From: Macrostomum hystrix
Taxonomy: Eukaryota > Animalia > Platyhelminthes
Reading direction: 5' to 3'
Length of the DNA: 64,000 bases
Assembly (NCBI GenBank): GCA_950097015.1
Contig: CATNEN010000031.1
Location: forward strand, 310,001 to 374,000
Shown: piece after piece, positions 33,801 to 44,300 of the stretch
Position numbering within the stretch: the first letter of the stretch is position 1
Layout: every line of letters starts with the position of its first letter
Notes under the pieces: model-generated
What the model saw: the letters and a program-made list of their open reading frames with translations, nothing else
Databases searched by the model: none
What the model was told of the DNA's origin: nothing
Position numbers and translations under genes: made by a program

Positions 33801-36225
33801 CAGCTGGCACTGGCTCGCCTGCTAGCTTCGACAGCCGATGACTCGTCAGCGTCTGGCGCCAGACCGTCCGACATGGCCCTGACCGCCCTGCAGACCGGAC
33901 AGAACGCCTACCCGGCAGGGCATCCCCTATTGGCCGGCTTGATGGTCAACTTCGGCCAGGCGGTGCTGCTGGAAGCCGCCGGGCAGTCCCGGCATCCGAT
34001 GGGCCAGTCGGCTCTCGCCCACTGCCAGCTGGCGACGGCCGCGCTGGCCGACGCTCTGGGAGAGCGAAGCCCGGCGACGGCGCGAGCTCGCCTGATACTC
34101 GGCCAGCTGCTGGCCATGCTGGGTGATGTCAAGCAGGCCGGGGAGCAGATGCGCCGGGCGCACGCGGCTCTGGCGAGAGCCAGCGGACAGCAGACAATGC
34201 AGCAGCCGCTCCAGCAGCAACAACAGGCGCAGAGTCGCAGTCACGTGCTCATGAGATTCCTGCTTGAGTATGCCAAATTTTTCAGGTTTGTACATCTCGA
34301 CCGTATTTGTGAGTACTTTGAGAAACGCTTCTCTGAATGAAGTCCGACTCGTTGTAGTCGGCTGGCAGCCTCATTGATAGCTGGTAGCCTCTCACTGATA
34401 GCTGGTAGCCTCACTGATAGCTGGTAGCCTCACTGATAGCTGGTAGCCTCACTGATAGCTGGTAGCCTCTCACTGATAGCTGGTAGCCTCACTGATAGCT
34501 GGTAGCCTCTAACTGATAGCTGGTAGCCTCTCACTGATAGCTGGTAGCCTCACTGATAGCTGGTAGCCTCTCACTGATAGCTGGTAGCCTCTCACTGATA
34601 GCTGGTAGCCTCTCACTGATAGCTGGTAGCCTCTCACTGATAGCTGGTAGCCTCTCACTGATAGCTGGTAGCCTCACTGATAGCTGGTAGCCTCTCACTG
34701 ATAGCTGGTAGCCTCACTGATAACTGGTCGCCTCTCACTGATAGCTGGTAGCCTCTCACTGATAGCTGGTAGCCTCTCACTGATAGCTGGTAGCCTCTCA
34801 CTGATAGCTGGTAGCCTCTCACTGATAGCTGGTAGCCTCTCACTGATAGCTGGTTGCTTTACATCAGTTCATCCGCTCATTCCACATCCCTCCACGTCTG
34901 CAGGCAAACCGGGCAGCCGCAGCAGGCCCTGCGCCTAGCCAAGCAGGTGGCAGAGAGCACCGAGTGCTACGGCGCCTACATCAACTGGGTGGACGAAGCG
35001 CTGGCCCTGACTGCCAATCTGCTGGCTGAGACTGGTGACACGGCTGGCAGCGAAGAGGCCGCCAAGCGCCGCAGCGAGTGGCTGGCGGAGCACCCGGTGT
35101 ACAAGTCCAGGCTGGACTGGCAGTCACTCAACGCCGGGCCGGACAAGGCCTTCTTCAAGAAGTTCAACTTGTGGACGGAGCGGCGCACTCGAATCATGGG
35201 CCAGTTGAAGGAGCAGAAGCAGCAGCAGCAGCAGAAAGCTGGGGAGGCCGAGGCAGACAGCGGGGAGGCGTCCAAGAGGTTGCGCAAGGCCCTGAAAGAC
35301 TTCGCCGACGACTCGGACGCGCGCTTCCGTTCAACGACTTCTTCGTCCTCATCAGACGAGACTGCGGATGACGCGGCTGCCAAAAAGGCTAAAAAGGAGA
35401 AGAAAAAGGCGCTAAAGAAGCGCAAAGATTTGGAAAGGCTCAAGAGCTCTTCCGGGACCTCCGCTGACTCCCCTGCCGCCTTGAAAGACAAGACTGGCAA
35501 GAACAAGGTGACAGCAAAGAAGGATTCCAGCAGCAGCAGCAGCAGCAGCTCCGACGATGAAGCTGCAAAAGCGAAAGCGAAACAGAAGCCGAAAGCAGAC
35601 AAGGAGAAGACACACAAAGACAAGAGAGGAAAGCAGCCTGCCCATAGTAGCAGCTCTGCGGATGAACTTCTCAGGGTCGCGAAGGACAAGAAGCCGGAAG
35701 TACAACGGGAAAAGGCAAAGAAGGACGAAGAGTCTTCTGAGAGCAGCAGCTCCGCGGATGAAGGCGTCAAGAAGAAAAAGCCCAAAAAAATCAAGAAAGT
35801 GAAGGCAACAAAAGAGAAGGTGAAGGATAAGGCAAAGACGGGACAAAAGGACAAAAAGGACAAGAAAAAGGATAGGAAAAAGGACAAGAAAAAATCATCA
35901 AGCAGCAGCAGCAGCAGCTCCTCGTCAAGCAGCAACTCTGACGACGATAAAAAAGAGAAGCACAAGAAGATAGACTGCTCGGCGCAACAAGGCGATAAAA
36001 AAGCCGACAAAGAAAAAAGCTTGGACAAGCAATTGAAACCGAGCAAAAACGGCAGGGCCTCATCAAGTTCTAGCGCCAGCGATCTGGAGAAAAGCGACCC
36101 AAAAAAAGCCGTCGATTGCTCAGTAACCTCTGCAAGTAGCTCGGACGACAACGGGACATCGAAGAGATTCAAGACTGTTAAAACGGCGAAAAACGGACAG
36201 GACAATGAGATGATTAGGCTCAAGA
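30874..36225 (+). CDS. CARD-domain protein with TPR-like helical repeats and a Lys/Ser-rich region (exons 1-8 of a probable larger gene)
   Basis: Exons 30874-30950, 31213-31467, 31574-31927, 32158-32839, 32938-33062, 33150-33255, 33735-34285 and 34904-36225 chain in frame (two donors are GC or weak GT). Exon 2 has a CARD pattern (LRINRVSLVQQLNVDPVIEYLKKEKIL...TRVLLDILPTK). Exons 4-8 have KLC/NPHP3-type TPR motifs (MGYEHPLLAEAQSQLA; YPAGHPLLAGLMVNFG; LGERSPATARARLILG). Confidence 0.72.
33340..33712. repeat. 33-bp minisatellite in CARD-gene intron 6, ~11 copies
   Basis: Unit tcgatcaacagaatccccaattctaccaacatg; ends ~20 bp before acceptor 33734. Confidence 0.92.
34372..34853. repeat. 21/19-bp minisatellite in CARD-gene intron 7
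   Basis: Unit cactgatagctggtagcct(ct). Confidence 0.93.
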
Positions 36226-36280
36226 GTAAGAAAGTTCACATTTATTCGTTTTTTAATCTTAAGCTTCGGCTGAGCCACAG

Positions 36281-37445
36281 GCTGCACATCTGGCCGAGCA
36301 GGACAGGTGTATTTCTGCCTATCTAATGAAAACTGTCTTAAACTCGCAGTTGTCCTTGTCGGCGACTCCGGAGTTGGCAAGTCCAGCCTCGTGACGCGCT
36401 TCGTTGAAGGGACCTTCAAGCAGCAGATGTTCAGCACTATCGGCGTGGACTTCTGCGCCAAGAACTGCACAGTGCATGACCGCAGCTTCAGGCTGCAGAT
36501 CTGGGACACAGCCGGGCAGGACAGGTAATCACAGGACTGGCTTGCCGGTTGACAACCTGCGATGTGCCGGAACCTTAAGAAGTGGAAAGTCTGGGACACG
36601 TGGAACACTCCAGGACCTAGGTGTCCATGGTCATCAAAGAAATCAACACCCGCACCTTACCAAACAGCAGAAGAGTCCAAAGAACAGAGAAATTTCTTCA
36701 TCTCACACCTGCCCAAAGAGCTGAGAAATCCCCATGTCACACCTGACCAAAGAGCTGAGAAATCCCCATCCCACAACTGACCAAAGAGCTGAGAAAACCC
36801 CATCTCACACCTGACCAAAGAGCTGAGAAATCCCCATCCCACAACTGACCAAAGAGCTGAGAAATCCCCATCCCACAACTGACCAAAGAGCTGAGAAATC
36901 CCCATCCCACAACTGACCAAAGAGCTGAGAAATCCCCATCCCACAACTGACCAAAGAGCTGAGAAATCCCCATCCCACAACTGACCAAAGAGCTGAGAAA
37001 TCCCCATCCTACACCTGACCAAAGAGCTGAGAAATGGCGATCATCCACTTGTTCTCCAACGCAAATCACAAACAGATTCCGATCGCTGGGCCCCAGCTAC
37101 TATCGCGGCTCGGATGCCGCCATGCTGGTGTTTGACGCTACAAATCGGTCCAGCTTTGAGCACTGCTCACGCTGGCTGGAGGAGCTCCGGATGGCCACAG
37201 AGGCCAGCCGGCTGACTGTCCTGCTAGTAGGCAACAAGGCAGACTTGCTGACTGGCGAGCATCTGGCATCGGCTGTATCCAGAGACGAAGCCGAGAGATT
37301 CGCTCGCGAACACCAACTCGATGGCTACGCTGAGGTCAGCGCGCTAGACGGCAGCGTCAGCGGCGCCTTCAAACAATTGATGAAGCTGCGCCTGCGGACT
37401 GACAGCGGCAAGGCGCAACAAGGAGATGGCATTCTGCTCGTGTAG
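36281..37445 (+). CDS. Rab-family GTPase domain, 2 exons; probably the C-terminus of the CARD-TPR protein
   Basis: Exons 36281-36524 and 37076-37445. G1 GDSGVGKS, RabF1 IGVDF, G3 WDTAGQD, RabF3 RFRSL, RabF4 YYRG, RabF5 LVFDAT, G4 NKAD, G5 EVSAL. No in-frame ATG after the stop at 36271; no C-terminal Cys. Confidence 0.88.
36710..37033. repeat. 34-bp minisatellite in the Rab-domain intron, ~9-10 copies
   Basis: Unit gagaaatccccatcccacaactgaccaaagagct. Confidence 0.92.
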
Positions 37446-37609
37446 GCTTGTCTATGATAGAAACTATTGCATGAGTAGTACTAGTACGTACAAGGTCAGT
37501 TCACACAATAGACAAACAGAACAGAAGTTTATCAAGATTCTAAGCTTAAGATTTGCAGCTATATCTGTAGATATAACTACTCGGGTAGATTCTTAGATGT
37601 CGCGACCTG

Positions 37610-38322
37610 TAGCTAGCATATAGCCACATCTGTAGCTAGGATATAGCCACATCTGTAGCTAGGATATAGCCACATCTGTAGCTAGGATATAGCCACATCT
37701 GTAGCTAGGATATAGCCACATCTGTAGCTAGGATATAGCCACATCTGTAGCTAGAATATAGCCACATCTGTAGCTAGGTTATAGCCACATCTGTAGCTAG
37801 GATATAGCCACATCTGTAGCTAGGATATAGCCACATCTGTAGCTAGGATATAGCCACATCTGTAGCTAGGATATAGCCACATCTGTAGCTAGGATATAGC
37901 CACATCTGTAGCTAGGATATAGCCACATCTGTAGCTAGGATATAGCCACATCTGTAGCTAGGATATAGCCACATCTGTAGCTAGAATATAGCCACATCTG
38001 TAGCTAGGTTATAGCCACATCTGTAGCTAGGATATAGCCACATCTGTAGCTAGGATATAGCCACATCTGTAGCTAGGTTATAGCCACATCTGTAGCTAGG
38101 ATATAGCCACATCTGTAGCTAGGATATAGCCACATCTGTAGCTAGAATATAGCCACATCTGTAGCTAGGTTATAGCCACATCTGTAGCTAGGATATAGCC
38201 ACATCTGTAGCTAGGATATAGCCACATCTGTAGCTAGGATATAGCCACATCTGTAGCTAGGATATAGCCACATCTGTAGCTAGAATATAGCCACATCTGT
38301 AGCTAGGATATAGCCATATCTC
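37610..38322. repeat. 23-bp minisatellite, ~31 copies
   Basis: Unit tagctaggatatagccacatctg; variant pair agaatat then aggttat recurs three times. Confidence 0.95.
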
Positions 38323-39383
38323 TAGCCAGAAGACAGTCATGTGTAAGGTTAATACTACCTGTGAGTTAGATCCGTAGTCAAAGAATAAACCAATTCAGTT
38401 TACAAAAACTAAGCTAAACTTATCACAAAATTAACTTTTTGTCCAACCGAAACACGTCCCTAGACTAACTTTAGATATACGAACTTTGCCTGCAAATATT
38501 TTTTAATGTATTTTAATAATAACCTGGCATTCATTAATATTATGTTACTCTACTCTCACCTTTAATGCAGATAATGTAACGCCACTTACTAATTATTCCG
38601 CAGATCTACTAAAGATATGGATTGTTTAAAATGCAGCTTAAAAACATTCTCTATATAAAATATTTATTGAACAGTTATTTGTTTGAACACTTTTATAGCA
38701 TAACTCTTAACAATATCTTCTTTTTTTCGTACAGCAAATACATGACAGCTTAACGTGTCAAATTCAGAGCACCTATTATAACTGTTACTTGAATTTAACG
38801 CTATCTGTGTTCATTTTGTTTATTGATTGAAAAAATGAAGTCAAGTAATTAAACTTATATGAATAATTGGAAATAGATAAGAAAAAGGCATTGGTTTGTC
38901 GCCATCATTCAGTTATAATTTATTATGTAAATTTGGTATCGATAAGCTTAAAACTTAATTTAACGATCAGCTGAGTAGTATAGTCAGAAAATGGCAGTAA
39001 AAGTTTGTGTCACTTCACAAACAAATAATTGTCTTGCTACGGCACATGTAGAAAAGCAGATCATTGTTAAAAATGGTTAAAGCATCTAAAAATTGACACA
39101 AAAATATTTATGTACATGCAAAAAAGCATAATTGGGTAGCAGATCATTAGATAAGCTCAGGACTTCAGGATAGGTCAAATTATAAAGCTTCGGATTAATT
39201 AGCATGCGGGCGAAAAAGCATTGAGATATTTTTTTAATAAAATAAAAAAGAAATGATTGAATAATCAATAACACGCTTGAACTGCAGGTAAAATACTGGG
39301 CTGTGTTTTAGGGTACACAATAAAACAAGTGGCCATAGCCTTTGCAATAATAATTATAGTGAACGACAATGGGAGTGTACCGT

Positions 39384-41298
39384 CTAGCTGACCAAGGCTG
39401 GTGTGCGGCACAGCACTTCGGCCACTTCCTCCTTGGTGATCCAGATGGCCCCGCTCTCTGATGATGAAATCGAACTGCTGGTGGTCACCGAGTCCGTCAG
39501 GGCTGATGACTGCTGCTGCTGCTGCTGCTGAGAGGAACTCGGCTTGCGAACAGCAGGCTTTACAGCTGATCTACCTGCCGCACCTGTGGGCTTCTGAGCG
39601 CTCGGCTTAAACTGCTCTTGCTCCTGCTTCTGCTGTCTCTGAGGCAGTTGCTTCTGCTGCTCCGGCAGTTCCTGCTTCTGCTGTCTCTGAGGCAGCTGCT
39701 TCTGCTGCTCCGGCAGCTCCTGCTTCTGCTGTCTCTGAGGCAGCTGCTTCTGCTGCTCCGGCAGGTCCTGCTTCTGCTGTCTCTGAGGCAGTTGCTTCTG
39801 CTGCTCCGGCAGGTCCTGCTTCTGCTGCCTCTGAGGCAGTTGCTTCTGCTGCTCCGGCAGGTCCTGCTTCTGCTGTCTCTGAGGCAGTTGCTTCTGCTGC
39901 TCCGGCAGTTCCTGCTTCTGCTGTCTCTGAGGCAGTTGCTTCTGCTGCTCCGGCAGGTCCTGCTTCTGCTGTCTCTGAGGCAGTTGCTTCTGCTGCTCCG
40001 GCAGGTCCTGCTTCTGCTGTCTCTGAGGCAGTTGCTTCTGCTGCTCCGGCAGTTCCTGCTTCTGCTGTCTCTGAGGCAGTTGCTTCTGCTGCTCCGGCAG
40101 GTCCTGCTTCTGCTGTCTCTGAGGCAGTTGCTTCTGCTGCTCCGGCAGGTCCTGCTTCTGCTGTCTCTGAGGCAGTTGCTTCTGCTGCTCCGGCAGGTCC
40201 TGCTTCTGCTGTCTCTGAGGCAGTTGCTTCTGCTGCTCCGGCAGTTCCTGCTTCTGCTGTCTCTGAGGCAGTTGCTTCTGCTGCTCCGGCAGGTCCTGCT
40301 TCTGCTGTCTCTGAGGCAGCTGCTTCTGCTGCTGCTGCTGTCTTCGTTGCTCATGTTTCTCTTGCCTTTGCGACAACTTTTTTTGTTTCTCCCGCTGCGT
40401 TTGTTGCTGTGAATTCTGCTGCATTGGCTGTTGCATATGAAGCTGCCGCTGCTGCTGCTGCGGTTGCTGCTGAGCAGTGCAAGGGCTGCCGTTTGTAACG
40501 CCCCCACCTAGCCTGGCAACAGCCGACTTATTTAGACGCACGCTGGTTGCGTTGGCCCGACGAATTGACAGCGGCTGGCGAACTGTGAATGCGGAAAATT
40601 CGAAAAAATTTGAACTATTTACGAGTTGAAACCTAGTTGAAATCATTACTAACGAAATACTCGTAAGCGTTCTCACCAGGCGAGCCGCCGATACTGGACA
40701 CCCGGCCTCGGCCGATGCTGCCTCCACGGCCACCGCAGCCGCCAACGAGCTTCCTCGGCGGGCCGGGCGCACTGTCAGCTGACTTCGGCCGTTTAACAAT
40801 GCGCGCCCGCCCAATGCCGGCTGCTGAGGTGGCCGAAGAATCCGTAGGCGACTCCGGCGGCGCAAAAGAGCTGCTCGCATCGTCATCGATTATGTCAACG
40901 CTGACTTCGTCAACGTCATCGTCACAGATTGTTGAGGCGGCTTCTGAGTCGCCGCCGCCACCGCTGGAGATGGTCAGATTGAAGGTGATGGGCGACTGTT
41001 GCCGACGAAGCAGAGACGAGCCAGAAGCCGAGGATGGTGACGCCGATGATGTTGTCACCTGAAGGGTGAAGCGCTGAGCCGGACTGCCGCTGTCCAGACT
41101 GCCGGCTGGCGATGAGCCCGCCGAGAATCCGGAGTCCTTAGAACGACGGCCACCTCCGACTGAGGCAGCGGCCGCGCCTGAGGCGGAGGCGCCGATAGAC
41201 AATGGCGAGAATGAAGGCGCCGGTATGGATGATCGGGCCGGAGTTGGCGCCACTATGCCCAGTGGCTTTCCACCACCGGTGAGCATTGATGAAGCACC

Positions 41299-41337
<39 letters not shown>

Positions 41338-44300
41338 TGTTGCGCTAAGAGGCGCAGGAATCCACGATCCAGCGGAGGCGGGCAGCTTGGATGGCGTAGG
41401 TGTCAGTTTGGGGGCCGGTATCACGCTTGGCTTTGCTTCACCGCCGACAGAAGGCCGCTTGGCGCCGCTAACAGTGGCGGGCGTCGGGAGCCTTGAAGCC
41501 AAAGCGGACGGACTCACGGGCACCCAGGATGTTCGGGCCACTAATGGCTTCGGAGCCGGCAGTCTGGATGCGGCGGAGCCTTCAAGACTTTGGCGCACCG
41601 ACGCAATCGGAATGGGCGGTGGCGGAGGAGGGGTCGGAGTTGATTCCGGCTTAGCCAGGCCGAACAGGATGCCAGTAGCGTCTCCGTCGTCATCTTCGTC
41701 ACTAAGGTCCAAGTCTGTGTCCGTGTCCTGCGAGGCGTCAACTAAATCAGTGCCTTTCCTGCTGTTGTAGCCGGCCAATCCGGCATTAGCAGTTGAGGCG
41801 TGCGGACTCTCGCGAATGGCCGCGGCGTCGATTTCCATGGAGGAGCCGCTCAGATCGCTGGTGTCGATATCGGATAGCTCAAGTGTCAGCTGGCCGGCCA
41901 CCGGCTCCTCGTCGCTGTGGATGCTGAAGGTGCGACTGTCAATCGGGCGTCCGGGCGCTTCAGCGCTAGTCCGGCTGCCGCCGCTGCTGCTCTGACGGTC
42001 GGCGTCACGCAGTTCAACAGGCGACGGCGAGCTGCGCTCCTCTGTCAGGGTATACAGCCGCCTGTCAGTGCCGGCGTGGAGCCTGCATGCCAGGCGGTGT
42101 TGCTGATGAACCAAGTGCAGCTTGTTGCTGCTGCTGCTGCTGCTGCTGCTGCCGGGGGCGGGTTGACGAGGCGGCGCCGGTGGCGGCAGCCGGGCCTGCT
42201 GTTGGCTGGCCGCCGAGACGGTTGGCAACGCCTGCTGAGTTCTCGGTTTCGACGGTCCCGCCTCCCTGTTGTCCAGCGCCTCCGCTAGCTGTTGCTGCTG
42301 CTGCGGTTGCTGCTTTCCTCCGTCGAAACCAATCCAGAAAAAAGACGCTTTGTTGTTGCTGCCAGCGTTGCTGCTGATGCTGCTGCTGTCGCTAGCATTG
42401 CTGCTGCTGTCTCCGATGTCGGCATTGGCGGCGATAAAGCTAGCGCTTGAGGCGGTAGGCTTTGCCCGGGCAGCAGCCGCTGCTTGCTGCTGCTGCTGCT
42501 GCTGCTTTTTGGGCATTGCGGATGAGATGCAGGCCTCCAGTAGCAGGTCCGCATTGTCACTGGAACAGCTGGACGATCGGCTGGACGTCTGCGCCGAAGT
42601 TCGATAAGAGAAATGAGCCGGCGTGTCCTCCGTCTTGTAGGTGACCTGCAGCGAAGCGATTAGAAAGGAACTCCATCATGACAAGTCCCTTATTCCCGCT
42701 GACAACACAGGCCCACACCCATATCCGAAAAATGCTTACAGTTTTCTCGTCGCTACGACTGGCAGCAGTTGGCGCGACACGAGCGGCGCCACCTTGGCTA
42801 ACGCTGGCGACATCATCGTCCTCCTCGACGATGGCATTGGCAATGGCGTCGTCCTCCTCTTCCCCGATGCCAACGTTGATGTCCATGTCCAGCACTGCTT
42901 CGTCTTCATCGTCCAGGGCCAGAGCCACATCCGGTTCCTCGACTTCATCGTCGTCATTTTCCAAGACATTGTTATCGTTTTCAATATCGTCCATATCGTC
43001 GATGTCATTATCACCGACGAGCGGCCGCGTCGATGGCAACGAAGCCTTCAAAGCCAGGTTCTGTTGTTGATGTTGCTCATCACCGCCATAGTTCAAGTCG
43101 ACGCTAGACGGAGGCGACGGAGTGTGCTCAACGTGGAAGACGGTCGGCCTATCGTCTGTGGTTGCAATCGCCTTGGCAGAAACGGCGGCAGCCGCAGCCG
43201 CTCGGGTCGTCCGCGGCTTCGCTGGCGGCATGCCGCTTCGAATGCAGTCCTGCAGAATCTGCGAGTCGAGGCCGTCATCTTCGTCCCTAGACGATGAAGA
43301 AGCCGCAGAGCTGGAAGTTTTGCTGCCGCAGCTACCGGCAACGTGTCGATGCCGCGACGCTCCTGGAATTCGCTGAGGCAGAGTTTGACGTTGAATCTGA
43401 CGCAATTGCTGAGGCTGCTGCTCCGGAGGCTGCGGCAGGGGCATCTGCTCCGAGGGGGTGTCGGGCAGGCAGCTGGGCGACAACGGCGGCCCAGCTGAGC
43501 GCCCGCCAGTGCCAGCGCTGTAGGAGCTGGCCCGAGATGACCGCAAAGAATCCAGGCCGACGCTGTCGAGCGAGTGTCCTGATGAGCCTCGGCTAAAAAC
43601 GAGCGGCGTCGGCTGCACAGAGCCGCCCTGAGCGGAGGCCGGGGCGGAGACGGCTGCAGAAGCAGCCGGTGCTCTCGGGGGAGTGGCAGCCACAGTGGTT
43701 GCAGTTCCAGCTCCGCAGTTGACAGCGCACTCCAGAATAGGTCCGCCGCTGCTGCCTTCCTCTTCCTCGTCCGGCGGTCCGCCGACCGCGCCAGCTAATC
43801 GGACGCACTGAGGCAGCGTCAGCTCCGATCTACCGGAAGAGTTGTAGTGCACGGAGGCCGACAGCGGCTGCTGATTGGCCCGGTCGTGCGTGACGTCCGA
43901 CACGGCGCTGCGCAGGCTATCCTGACTGGCCGATCGCTGCGGACTGCACAGCAGAGGCCGTGGCGAGCCGGATGATCCTGCAGCGACTGCTGATGATGCT
44001 GCTTGCGCCGCTGGCGCCGGCTTTGAGGCCGACGATGACGCAGACGGAGCCGCCGAAGACGAACGGGCGGCTGTTGTCATCTGTTGACGCCCGCCAAGCA
44101 AATTCGCCTGCTGGCTGCTGCCGCTGCTGCTGCGACTTCGGTTACCTGCGTTGCTGCTGCCGCTGCTGCCTGTGCTTCCAATGCGCGGATTGTTGTGAGT
44201 CGCATGGTGCTGCGGCGGCGGCGGCGGTAGTTCGGCCGAGTCGTGCAGCCTGGCTGAGACCAGATTCTTTAGTGCGCTGGCGCTGGCAAGGCGAATCACC

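Noticed and set aside
34976-36223. 415-aa hydrophobic antisense ORF
   Set aside because: Mirror image of the Lys/Ser-rich sense exon.
7490-38322. Regular 23-34 bp repeats as possible CRISPR arrays
   Set aside because: Units are head-to-tail without unique spacers, there are no cas genes, and the DNA is eukaryotic.
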